Shown: piece after piece, positions 27,297 to 38,348 of the stretch
Layout: each line of letters begins with the position of its first letter
Position numbering within the stretch: the first letter of the stretch is position 1
NCBI GenBank assembly: GCA_030324005.1
Contig: JARDVH010000193.1
Location: 96,093,650-96,157,649, forward strand
DNA length: 64,000 nt
Origin: Negaprion brevirostris
Taxonomy: Eukaryota
Reading direction: 5' to 3'
The notes under the pieces: model-generated
What the model saw: only the letters and a program-made list of their open reading frames with translations
Database searches by the model: none
What the model was told of the DNA's origin: nothing
Translations under genes and position numbers: made by a program

Positions 27297-27444
27297 GGTC
27301 TTCTGAAGGTGGCTGTCGACAATGCACGTGTGCAAGAGAAGCAGATACAGCAGGAGAAGAAAGAACTTAAACTGGAGCTGTTCAGGGAAAGAGAAATGAG
27401 AGAAACCTTAGAGCGACAGCTCACAGCAGAACAGCACAATCGAG
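27297..27444 (+). CDS. DACH2: DACH2-like coding exon, DD2 coiled coil: GLLKVAVDNARVQEKQIQQEKKELKLELFREREMRETLERQLTAEQHNR
   Basis: Acceptor gtacAG ends at 27296; donor G|GTAGGT at 27445; 148 nt, phase 0 to 1, in frame with the previous exon. QEKQIQQEKKEL is the DACH2-type version (DACH1 has QEKQVQLEKTEL). Confidence 0.96.
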
Positions 27445-28175
27445 GTAGGTCACATGGTAATTGAGCAAGAAAATAAAAAGCAGAAATGGTACAGCCCACT
27501 CAAAGCTTAATGCTCCAGCTGGGTCTGCTTTGGTTTGTTTGCCTCTGTTTAGTTACAGAGGTAGCTGTGCAAGATGGAAAGGATTGTCAGCCTGGTCGCG
27601 GTTACAGCCCTTGTGGATGAAGATGTCACAACATAAGGTCCTGACATAAGGATTCAGAGTGTGATATTGCCACTTATCCAGACTAAGTTCACACACATAA
27701 ATGATCTCAACAGCTGCCAAGCTTTGATGCTGTGGAACGAGGAAGAATCCTCAGCATAAATTTAAGTCTGTATTACTGCAGCAGCTTTCAGTCTAATCAA
27801 GTCCTAGTTAGACATTGTTTTCAATGTTTAACAAGAAAGTTCCATTGCAATATTCATTGGCACCAGAGAGATTTTAGATCACCAAATTGTACTAACTTTT
27901 CAAAAAAAGCAGTTCCATGAAAAATAATTTTTGAATTGTAATCTTATCACGACTAAATCCAAGTACTTTATAATGATGAAAAAGTTAGACAAAAATGAGA
28001 TGGTTTTATTAATACATACTAACTCTGGAAATTTTATATCTAGGTAGTTGGTTTTTCCATGGACAAAACCATTCTCCATTATCCCTATTGAATAGAATTC
28101 CCGAATTTTAAATGTACATTTAGTCAAAAAGTACACCACACAGCATTATAGTTTTGGTACTGTTGATGTTAACTT

Positions 28176-28968
28176 GTGAGGAAGATGCAAAGAGGCTTCA
28201 AGGGTAACTTGGATAGGCTAAGTAAATGGGCAAGACCATTGGCAGATGGAATATAATGTAAACAAGTGTGAAGGTGTTCACTTGACAGATAAAACAGAAA
28301 GACATAGTACTTCTTAAATGGAGAGAGATCCTTGTTCAGGAGTCACTACATGTTAGTTTGTAGATGAAGCAAGCTGTTGGGAAGACAAATGGTTTGTTGG
28401 TATTCATTATGAGGGAGATTTAAGTACAGGAGTAAGGATGATTTGCTGCATTTGTATAGAATCCTGGTGAGACTGCTCCCACAGCATGGTGTACAGTTTT
28501 AGTCTCCTTGTTGAAGGAAGGATGCAGTTGCCATAGAGAGAGCGTAACTGAAGTTTGCTAGATTAACCCCTGGGATTGTTTTATGTGAAGAGATTGAGGA
28601 AACAAAACTAGGCATAGAGTTTTGAAGAATGGGAGGTGATCTCATTGAAATTTCCAGAATTAATACAAGCATGACAGTATAGACATAGATAGGATGTTTC
28701 CCCTGGCTGGTGAGTCTAGAACCAGGGAACACAGTCTCAGAACTATGGGCAGACCATTTCAGGCTGAGTTAGTGGGTGATGAATCTTGGAAATTCTCTAT
28801 GCCAGAGGACTGCGGAAGCTTACTTATAGAGCATATTCAAGACTGAGATTGTTAGATTTCTAGATACTAATGACATTATGGAATGAGGGGATAGTGCAGG
28901 AATATAGCATTGAGTTGGATGAAAATGATCTAATTGAATTGATGGGCCAAATGACCTACTCCTGGTCC
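28176..28968 (+). mobile_element. CR1 LINE 3' portion, decayed
   Basis: ggcagatggaatataatgta...gggaggtgatctcattgaaa...gatgggccaaatgacctactcctg are typical CR1 ORF2 and tail segments. Confidence 0.85.
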
Positions 28969-29141
28969 AATCAAATACTCTCAAATTAGTCACTGTTTCA
29001 TTTCTCCTGGCCCACCACACGTTTGTAGAGGTGTGATGTTAGTGCTATTTAACATTGGTGAAGTAGTCAGGGGGTGATGCTGCACATGCTGAATGTCTTG
29101 GTGCTAACTCTAAGGGTTCTGGTCAGACTACTTGTTCCCTG

Positions 29142-29179
29142 TCATGAGGGGTAACTGACCATCATGAGGGGTAACTGAC
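29142..29179. repeat. 20 bp tandem duplication
   Basis: tcatgaggggtaactgac occurs twice. Confidence 0.9.
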
Positions 29180-29199
29180 TGTCCTGCTTGGCTGCAGCA

Positions 29200-30560
29200 T
29201 GTCAGCGGGATTCAGCAGAGCCCACAGAAAGAAGGGCTAGGAGGATGGGAAGGAGGGCTCTGCACAGTATGCCGTATCCATGAAGGAGCATTTTTCTCAT
29301 CTCAGCAGCAGTGCTGGGAGCTTTTTATTCTCCATAATACGAATGATGTGCTCACTGAAAGCTCTCAGCTCTTGCAGACAAACTGGAGCAGGATGAGGAT
29401 GACACTGGCCATGGCTGTGAAAACAGATGCAACCATGNNNNNNNNNNNNNNNNNNNNNNNNNNNNNNNNNNNNNNNNNNNNNNNNNNNNNNNNNNNNNNN
29501 NNNNNNNNNNNNNNNNNNNNNNNNNNNNNNNNNNNNNCCCCTCCTCCCCACCCTCGTACACAATGCAGCCCTTTGCTCCTCCCAATAATACAATGAGCAG
29601 ATGTGATACAAGTGGAAATATTTCCTTATTCGCTGTTACTGATTATTCATGTCCTCGAGATGAGGTGGGACCTGCACAACTCTTTTCTCCCTAACCTGCC
29701 TGTACCAATTCATGTATTCAGTGACTCAACATATACAAGACCTGCCTCTACCCCACCAAGTGTCATTCCAAAAGACTTGCTGGTTAGGTGCATTGGCTGT
29801 TTTCCCTCAGTGTACCTGAACAGGCGCCGGCTTGTGGCAGCTAGGGGATTTTTCACAGTAACTTCATTGCAGTGTTAATGTAAGTCTGCTTGTAACACCA
29901 GTAAATAAACTTTACACTTTATCTGAGCTAATGACTGCAAGTCAGAGATCAAGTGACAATGTTTCATCAGGATCATCCTCTTGGACTTCATACTCTTTTA
30001 CCATTGTCTGGCCAGGTTGTAGTTCGAGGAAATCCAGAAAGAGAAAAGGATGGGGTTGAGGTTGTGGTGAGAGCGAGTAAGACCTGCATGCTTACATCAG
30101 CTGGAGCTTGTAAGTGAGAAAAGATGATGGGGAAGTTGGGTGTAAGATATGGATTACTCAGTAAAATGGTTATTTTCAATGGTTGCAATCCCACCCCTCG
30201 CTACAGCTTCCATTTTGGCCACTCCAATTATGGCCAACACGGTCTTCTCCGTCGAGGTGAGGCATATATCAGTACTTGCCCAGCCACCATCCATCTCCTG
30301 CACCAGAGCCTCCAAGGATACAAAGAAAGAACGTTGGAACACAGTTTCCACCCCATTACTCTGACACTTGTCCCCTTCACTCCTCTTGCAGGTAGGATAC
30401 TATTCCTTAGTCACTTCCACCATCTGCTGCAGCTTGGTGTCACCTCTGCTCAGTTTTGTGGCACAAGTTAGCAGTGGTGCATGGCTCGCACGGGCTTGGA
30501 TCTCCTGCTAAGGTGCAAAGCCACTTGATGCATTTAGTGCTGACTGCACGCTCCTATCAT
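29200..30560. mobile_element. PIF/Harbinger fossil with convergent transposase (+) and Myb/SANT-like (-) remnants
   Basis: On +, LTESSQLLQT...TLAMAVKT runs into the 100-N gap at 29438. On -, SLEALVQE...GG...LTSTEKTVLAIIG at 30154-30351. Confidence 0.55.
29768..29920 (+). mobile_element. HE1-type SINE 3' fragment, alternative tail
   Basis: ctggttaggtgcattggc...gaacaggcgccgg...cacagtaacttcattgcagtgttaatgtaag...aaataaacttt. Confidence 0.85.
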
Positions 30561-30950
30561 TTAAACTAGGCATCATTCTAGTCTGCATGCTGTCTGAATT
30601 ACAATGACTGGATATGGGTTAATGCCCCATTTATACCCCTTTTCAAGCCTCATCCAGTTTTACCTCCAAAATCTTGATATGTGCACAAGATATTATTCAG
30701 TTAGCAACTATTTTAAGAAAAACAAATGTAATTTTCCCTTAAATGGCCCCTCAGTTTACATACAATGGCCAAACAGACCAGAATCAATCCACTTGTTATT
30801 TGCGAGTCTTACGACTCTTGGCTGACCGTTACAACATGGGATGAGTTAAAACTCCCTATCCAACTTTCTTTGTTCAATTTTGTGCCACCTCAAATGTTAT
30901 GCTGAGATTGTGAACCTGCCATGTGGCAAATCAAGTTTGTGAATCCACCT

Positions 30951-31120
30951 CTTTTTATTCATTCATGGGTTATGGGCATCACTGGCTAGGCCAGCATTTA
31001 TTGCCCATCCCTAGTCGTCCAAGGGCAGTTGAGGGTCAACCACATTGCTGTGGTTGTGGAGTCACATGTAGGCCAGACCGGGTAAGGTTGGCAGATTTCC
31101 TTCCCTAAAGGACATTAGTA
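30951..31120 (-). mobile_element. Deu-domain SINE (SacSINE1-like) 3' fragment
   Basis: Minus strand actaatgtcctttagggaaggaaatctgcc...acagcaatgtggttgac (Deu-domain-like) plus tail gggatgggcaataaatgctggcc...catgaatgaataaaa. Confidence 0.7.
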
Positions 31121-31705
31121 AACATTATTATATAGTGCATTATTTCACTAACTCCCTACCATGAGAATATCAATTGCAAAAGAATGCTGAGCGGACTAAA
31201 TCAAATTAGTCTACTACCAACTTTGTCCAGTTGTAGCAGTATAATTTTTTCTGTATCAATTTTAAATTTCTCATGATTAAATTATCAATTGCAACAAACT
31301 GATGTCTGTCGTTCATGCAAGTTTGCATCCATATAACATGTTCTTTGTTAAATTTATATGGTTTACTGGTGTTTTATTTTCCACCACCTTAACATTCTGA
31401 TAAGCAATAATTTCCAACCAACAAGTAGGACTTAGTTTCATTAAGTAATGCTCCAACCATCACTAGAGAGCTAACAAACATGTCTCAGGTAACTATTCAT
31501 AGTACAAGTCAGCTGAAATCCTACTGCTTTAAGATATGACTGTGAAATTCGCTTCTCTAATATTTTAGTAAAGGTGGTAATAGGTTTAAAATGGGTCAAC
31601 AACTTTGTTAATTAGCATTTACAGCTTGGAAACAAGCCACTTGACTTTATGTTGGTACTTATTCCCTACGAGTCTCCTCTCATTCCACAGCATCTCATCC
31701 GACCA

Positions 31706-31846
31706 GAGATGTGCAGGTTAGGTGGATTGGCCATGGTAAATGTGCAGTGATGTGCAGATAGTGCAAGGTTTGGGCCTGAGTGAGGTGTTCTTTTGGAGAG
31801 TTGGCATAGGCTGAAAGGCCTTCCTCTGCACTGTCGGGATTCTATA
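31706..31846 (+). mobile_element. HE1-type SINE 3' fragment
   Basis: gatgtgcaggttaggtggattggccatgg...ctgcactgtcgggattctat. Confidence 0.75.
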
Positions 31847-32435
31847 ATGGGGTTTGCACAAATATATTTAGTGTGGCGTGGCTCAAATTGATGGAGATAG
31901 GAATGCTCATGTTCCAAAATACCACAGGTACGGTGTAGTAGGAGGAGGGTGAAGAAGTACATGTCATCTTGACAGTTTGCCAAACAGCTGTTTAAAATCG
32001 TGCTACTGTTCAAAATAAAAAAATCCCTGCACTTAACGTTACACATGTNNNNNNNNNNTTTAAACGCCAGCAACTGCTCTTAGCTGCTCAACAGCACTGC
32101 TAACTGGCAGCTTAAACAGCCAAGTATGTTTAACTCCGAAGTACAATTTAGCTGAGTTTTCCTCAGTTGCCAGCTTTTGATTTCAGCGAATGGAAAAAGT
32201 TTACATGATTAGATCTGTACAATGACTGGAAAGTTGTTGGTGGCTACCCCCTCATCTATGCTTTGCAACTTGAGAGTTTCTGTGAATTAGATCAGAGAGC
32301 ACACCCTATGTGATTAAATGATATGTTAACAACACAGTTATATTTTGTGGGAGAAGCATCCCAGAATAATAATTTATATTTGCTGAAGAAATAATCTTCT
32401 CCTGTTTGTCATATTTTCTATATTTTCTTCTTTTC

Positions 32436-32748
32436 TCATTCATTTTTGGCTGACCAGCATTTATTGCCCATCCCTTGAGAAGGTGGTGATGAGCTGCCTT
32501 CTTGAATCGCTGCAGCCCATGTTCTGTGGGTTGACTCACAATGCTGTTAGGGAGGGAATTCCAGGAATTTGACGCAGCNNNNNNNNNNNNNNNNNNNNNN
32601 NNNNNNNNNNNNNNNNNNNNNNNNNNNNNNNNNNNNNNNNNNNNNNNNNNNNNNNNNNNNNNNNNNNNNNNNNNNNNNTTCTGTGGGTTGACTCACAATG
32701 CTGTTAGGGAGGGAATTCCAGGAATTTGACGCAGCGACTGCAAAGGAA
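32436..32748 (-). mobile_element. CR1-group LINE 3' tail, partly duplicated across a 100-N gap
   Basis: Minus strand FKKAAHHHLLKG plus gggcaataaatgctgg; same tail type as 35895-36072. Confidence 0.7.
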
Positions 32749-32833
32749 CCTAAATGAACCATAACTATATGTAACAGCATTGTACCACCCATTACCTGAG
32801 CTTTAATACTCCAACAACAACCATAATAATATT

Positions 32834-33051
32834 GGGCTTCCTCCGGGTGCTCTGGTTTCCTCCCACAGTCCAAAGATGTGCAGGTTAGGTGCATTGGCTA
32901 TGCTAAATTGCCCCTTCGTGCCCCGTGATGTATAGGTAAGAGGGATTAGCAGGGTAAATATGTGGGTTGCAGTGTTAGGGCCTAGGTGGATTGTTGTTGA
33001 TATAGACTTGATGGGCAAATGGCCCCCACCTGCACTGTAGGGTTTCTATGA
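32834..33051 (+). mobile_element. HE1-type V-SINE, 5'-truncated, CR1-like tail
   Basis: ttcctccgggtgctctggtttcctcccacagtccaaagatgtgcagg...ctgcactgtagggtttctatg. Confidence 0.88.
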
Positions 33052-33097
33052 ATATCTGGGCTCTTCCTGTCTCAAGATTGTAGCAACTGAGTAACAG

Positions 33098-33213
33098 GAA
33101 CGTAGAACACTACAGCACAAACCGGCCCTTTGGCCCACAAGTTGCGCCGATCATATCCCTACCTACCAGGCCTATCTGTAACCCTCAATTCCATTAAATC
33201 CCATGTATTCATC
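33098..33213 (-). mobile_element. CR1 3' tail fragment
   Basis: gaacgtagaacactacagcacaaaccggccctttggcccacaagttg. Confidence 0.65.
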
Positions 33214-33254
33214 TTTAGGAGAATGCCTCAGATGCACTAAGATAGTACCTTTAG

Positions 33255-34180
33255 TGTAATGAGAACATCCTAAGGCACTTCACAGGGACATTAAAATAAA
33301 GTATGAAACCAATATTGGGTCAGATGACCAAAAGCTTGGTCAAAGAGATAAATTTTAAGATGCATCTTGAAGCAGAAACAGAGAGGTGTGATTAGTGAAT
33401 TTCAGATCTTGGGACTTAGATAACTGAAGATGCAGCCACAAAATTAAAATGGAGGGTGCTGAAGAGGCCAGAATTAGAGGTGCACAGATATCTCAATGGG
33501 TTATCGGGCTGAAAGAGATTGCAGAGATAGGGAGGGCCATGGAGGGATTTGAAAACAAGGATGAAAATTTTAAAATTAAAAGTGTCGCTTGACATGGATC
33601 CAATTTGCGTAGCATATCCATATGCACACACACATGATGTTATGAGCACTCCTTCCATAGCCAACAGGTCATGGCATTGGACTTGAACCCAGAGCTTCTG
33701 GGGCAGAGATAGGGATGCTACCATTGTGCCACAAAACTTCCTCCCCAGGATCCAATGTAGGTCAGCAGGCACAGGGGTAATAGAGAATTGGGTCTTGCTC
33801 TGAACTAGTACACAGGCAGAAATGTTTTGGACGACTTCAAGTTAATGGAGGATAAGAATATTGGAGATTGGCAGGAGTATATTGGAATAGTCAAGTCCAG
33901 AAGTATTGAAAACATGAATGATGGCTTCAGCAGCCCTCTCCCTGTATGGTGAATGTCTGATTTTGTCCCATCTCCAAATGTTATGGAAGTGGTAGTGTTA
34001 GTGATGGCATGACTAGAAGATTGGAAGTCCATCTAGGAATCAAATGTGACACCAAGGGTGCAAATAGACTGATTTAATCTCAGACCATTACCAGGGAGAG
34101 GGATGTTGCCAGTAATTAGGAAACGGAGTTTGGAGTGAGAACCAAACGCAACGTCTTCCATCTTCCCAATATTTAAAAAG
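33255..34180 (-). mobile_element. L2-clade LINE 3' portion, decayed
   Basis: FKIFILVFKSLHGPPYLCNLFQPDNPLRYLCTSNSGL and LNQSICTLGVTFDS. Confidence 0.8.
33605..33747 (-). mobile_element. Short tRNA-headed SINE inserted in L2, with 9 bp TSD
   Basis: A box TGGCACAATGG (33721-33731, -) and B box GGTTCAAGTCC (33679-33689, -); flanked by GGATCCAAT at 33596-33604 and 33748-33756. Confidence 0.75.
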
Positions 34181-34499
34181 GTTACCCAATTAAACAGCAG
34201 TCTAAATGAAAAGGAAAGAGATCCCCAGACATCACTTGCAACATCTGTATTAAACGAGGAAACCATTCTACTTTTTGTACATTTGCAAGGGCAGGAGATA
34301 TTGCATTTGTCATTGCTGATAGGTTGAAAGGCAAATTTTAAATTCCTTCAGCAGTGAATGCATTCTGAAAACAATGTTCATTTGACTATACCGCTACCAT
34401 CATTGATTTTTGTGATGACTTTTGTTAAAAGAACCATTTGGTTAAGCACCTTACAAGCATAAATAACACCCTGTCCAGGGATGCCTGATCAAAGTCATG

Positions 34500-34627
34500 G
34501 GGGCGAATTTTACCACCCCGTCCGCCACGGGTATTGTAGCAGGCAAGGGGTGAACCATGGAAAGGTCCATTGACCTCAGGCGGGATTTTCCAGTTTCAGG
34601 ACGAGTGTGGCCAGAAAATCCGCTCCC
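34500..34627. mobile_element. ~125 bp MITE (copy 2, inverted relative to copy 1)
   Basis: gggcgaatttt...aaaggtccattgacctc...aaaatccgctccc. Confidence 0.75.
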
Positions 34628-35360
34628 CTCACCCCCCAAATCTCAGCCTGAAAATGCATCTGTACATTGGTCAGTCTTATTCTCAAAGTAATGTTTAAAA
34701 GAAGTGATTTTGTGTTCTCTTGTCTTTACAAGAGTCTTCAGTTCTCCAACTGGTGCCAAGTTCCATTTTTAAAGTGCAATTTCAAATGCCCCTCATTTCA
34801 CTGAGAACAATTGCAACTCCATCAACGTTGCAGCTTAATTGTATCATTTTTATTAACAATACAAAAGAGTATCAATAGAACTTACAAGGCTTCATTAAAA
34901 AAATCCAATCTGATCATAACTTTTGAAATTGACAAGGATTATTTTATTGCATGTATCTGTGTTGATTTCTCACCCTGTACCATGCTGTGTCAAAGATCCC
35001 CTTTTGCATATTATAACATCCATTTATTTCTTACATTAAACCTTCCCAGCTCCATTGTTGTAGCTGGAACTGGATAACACTTTTAATTCCACATGAAGAT
35101 GTTCAGAGGAGCACCCAGCCCTCAGCCTGTTTTGGCAGATAGGACCCACAGATAAATGGTCTTCGGATGCATTAAAAAGAAGCTTGCCTAAAGTGGTTTC
35201 CTGCTCCAGATTGTCCCATGCTGGGCTGGCCATCCCACAGCAGTCAGGAAGTGATTCAGATGTCAGATGGGGCATTCATTTACAAAAGAAGCAATGTTCG
35301 ATTATCCAAATACCATCAAGCCACCTTAATATTGACACATTCTTTGAAGAGAACCTGTTC

Positions 35361-35620
35361 TCTATTTATTAATGATCTGGATGAGGGTATAGTTGGGTGG
35401 ATTAGTAAGTTTGCTGATGACACCAAAGTCGGAGGCGTGGTNNNNNNNNNNNNNNNNNNNNNNNNNNNNNNNNNNNNNNNNNNNNNNNNNNNNNNNNNNN
35501 NNNNNNNNNNNNNNNNNNNNNNNNNNNNNNNNNNNNNNNNNTTTTAAAAAAAAACTGGTCGGCGCAACATCGTGGGCCGAAGGGCCTGTTCTGCGCTGTA
35601 ATGTTCTATGTTCTATGTTC
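35361..35620 (+). mobile_element. Young-looking CR1/HER1 LINE, middle hidden in a 100-N gap
   Basis: RT motif FINDLDEGIVGWISKFADDTKVGGV before the gap; tail gggccgaagggcctgttctgcgctgta(atgttct)n after it. Confidence 0.9.
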
Positions 35621-35894
35621 GAAATGCAACATCGACAATAGAAAATCAACAGAAGGCTGTAGGGGAAGTAAACTCTGCCCTGGTGATTGTGGACTTGAGC
35701 ATATTTTTCTAGTGTTAATCACTTTTGTGTCAAGATTCCCTAAAGTGGGAATATATGCGTTTTTCAGAAAGACTGGGAGATTACATTTGCTTGAGACATA
35801 AGAGGGTTTCAATGTTACACTCATCCCAGGCTGATAGACACTGGGAACTTAAATATGGATTTTAAAATTCAAACCAACTTGGAGAAATATCAGC

Positions 35895-36072
35895 ATTCCT
35901 TCACTGCCAGTGGGTCAAAATCCTAGATCTCACACCCTAACAGCACTGTGGGTGTACCTACACCACAGTTCAAAAAGGCAACTCACCACTATCTTCTCAA
36001 GGCCAGTTAGGGACGGGAAATAAAAATGCTGGTCTAGCCAGTGACGTCTACATCCCATGAAAGAATTTTTAA
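35895..36072 (+). mobile_element. CR1-group LINE 3' tail
   Basis: gggtcaaaatcc...caacagcactgtggg-like...ctcaccactatcttctcaagg...aatgctggtctagccagtgacg...atcccatgaaagaa. Confidence 0.65.
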
Positions 36073-37508
36073 AAAAGCAGACCATCAGACTGTTCAACAG
36101 GATGATTACACCACTGAACCCAGTGAGGGAAACATAGCAGATCCAAATTCTTAAGGACACACAGATAATGTTACCATCATTACCCTATCATTTTGGTTCC
36201 ATTTTCACCATTTTTAAAAGCACCTCCCTGAACTTGCAGTTGGGAAGTGCTGATTGAATTAGTTCCAACAGCTTTCAAATCTCTCATGGCACAGTCTGAT
36301 TTTTCTGTTCTGGCAGCAGTGTATGCATGAGGAAGACAGTGCATAATTTTGGGGAGCCTTTTTTGATGTTGTGTTGCTTCAATTGTGCACTTCACAAAAG
36401 TTTGGTCTATTAATTACATTGGATTGCCAATCAATATTGAAGGCAACATCTGAAGAGAACAAAATAGTTTATATGAATAAGTTGACCAACATGCGTTGTA
36501 ATGCAGTGTTAAACCATTGCTGCATGAATGTAACATCATTCTTTACAAATTTAGATCCCAAAAGTAGTGATAATGATGTTATACAATTATAAAATTATGG
36601 TATTAGCCAATAAAACACGAGGTGGAATAATACAGGGAAAGGTTGACACTGTCTCCATGCCAACCAATCCCACAGCAATAAAGCACTACAGAACTCATTA
36701 ATGAAGGCCAAGTGGGACTTTTGCCCCTGATTGGGGTGGAAGTCCCACCCTCCTGGAACTGCCAGCCAATCTGTTTGGCTAGCAACTCCATCAGTCCCAG
36801 CAGTGCCAAGAAGGCATCTGCCAGGACTGCAACCGAATAGAGGAGCCCAGGGTCTACAATCGCTAGAGTTGGCAGGTCTGGGGTCCTGGGCTGAGGGGGT
36901 TTGGGAGCATTGAAGAGAATCAGTGCAGGGATGGAGGTGGTCACCTCATGACCAGCAAAGATCAGCCACCGCCACCCCCCCTCAAACCAAAACAACTCCT
37001 CACCTCCTTCCTTCCCCTCCTTAACCATTTGAGATTAAAAGAAGAATTCGGGCATCCTGCTTTACCTTGCAACCCATGCCAAACACATTGTGGAATATTT
37101 TTAGGATCAAAAAGCTTGATAACAGCTGTAATTTATCCTAAATTCATCATTTTAATTTGACGGATGGGCTGCTGATTTCAGTGCCTGCCTGTATTATGGG
37201 GTGGGTGGGAAGGTGGTCAAATGGGCAACCAACCCACTTTATAACCCCATCCTGTGTTAAACACACACACTGGGGCATTGGGAAACCTGAAATTAGCAGG
37301 AATATATATAAACCTAGTATCCCCCCACACAAAAAGTGTTACACTTTGTCCAATTGAAACAACAGATTGTACTCGGTTAGGGATTACAAACTTTCTGATT
37401 CCATAAATCATTCAAATGCGCAAAACATAAAACAACACTTTCAGTCTCATGTGAATTTTACAAAATGCATTAAAACAATTGTTCTGAACTTGTATTTTAC
37501 AAATCTAG

Positions 37509-37652
37509 CAACAATTCAGAAGCGACTGAAGAAAGAGAAAAAGGCAAAGAGGAAATTACAGGAAGCACTCGAATTCGAGTCAAAGCGACGAGAGCAAGTG
37601 GAGCAAGCTTTACAACAGGCGACATCTACAGAAAGTCTCAGGGTGCTCAATG
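37509..37652 (+). CDS. DACH2: DACH2-like coding exon: (A)TIQKRLKKEKKAKRKLQEALEFESKRREQVEQALQQATSTESLRVLN
   Basis: Acceptor aatctAG ends at 37508; donor G|GTATGA at 37653; 144 nt, phase 1 to 1. Contains the conserved basic QKRLKKEKK.KRKLQEALEFE motif. Confidence 0.96.
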
Positions 37653-38130
37653 GTATGAACCTCATCACTTGACATGCAGTGCAATTNNNNNNNNNNNNNN
37701 NNNNNNNNNNNNNNNNNNNNNNNNNNNNNNNNNNNNNNNNNNNNNNNNNNNNNNNNNNNNNNNNNNNNNNNNNNNNNNNNNNNNNNNNNNNNNNNNNNNN
37801 NNNNNNNNNNNNNNNNNNNNNNNNNNNNNNNNNNNNNNNNNNNNNNNNNNNNNNNNNNNNNNNNNNNNNNNNNNNNNNNNNNNNNNNNNNNNNNNNNNNN
37901 NNNNNNNNNNNNNNNNNNNNNNNNNNNNNNNNNNNNNNNNNNNNNNNNNNNNNNNNNNNNNNNNNNNNNNNNNNNNNNNNNNNNNNNNNNNNNNNNNNNN
38001 NNNNNNNNNNNNNNNNNNNNNNNNNNNNNNNNNNNNNNNNNNNNNNNNNNNNNNNNNNNNNNNNNNNNNNNNNNNNNNNNNNNNNNNNNNNNNNNNNNNN
38101 NNNNNNNNNNNNNNNNNNNNNNNNNNNNNA

Positions 38131-38348
38131 CAGTAAGAATCTGCCAACACCAGGTTTAAGTCCAACCAATTTATTTGATAGTAAAGTCACAAGCTTTTGG
38201 GGTTTGTCCCTTTGTCAGGTGAATGGAGAGTTTGTCTGAGGCCAGAACTCTCCATTCACCTGATGAAGGGACAAACTCTGAAAGCTTGTGAGTTTACTAT
38301 CAGATAAATTGGTTGGATTTAAACGTGGTGTTGTCAGACTTCTTACTG
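38131..38348. mobile_element. Penelope pLTR-derived inverted repeat (fold-back element) with hammerhead motif
   Basis: Arms 38131-38232 and 38246-38348 are near reverse complements; the right arm has CTGATGA-agggacaaactct-GAAAGCTT and the ttggatttaaac.tggtgttgt.agacttcttactg motif shared with 42316-42452. Confidence 0.85.

Noticed and set aside
32522-32735. Identical 57 bp direct repeat (32522-32578 and 32679-32735)
   Set aside because: It sits exactly on both edges of a 100-N gap, so it is most likely an unmerged contig overlap rather than a real duplication.
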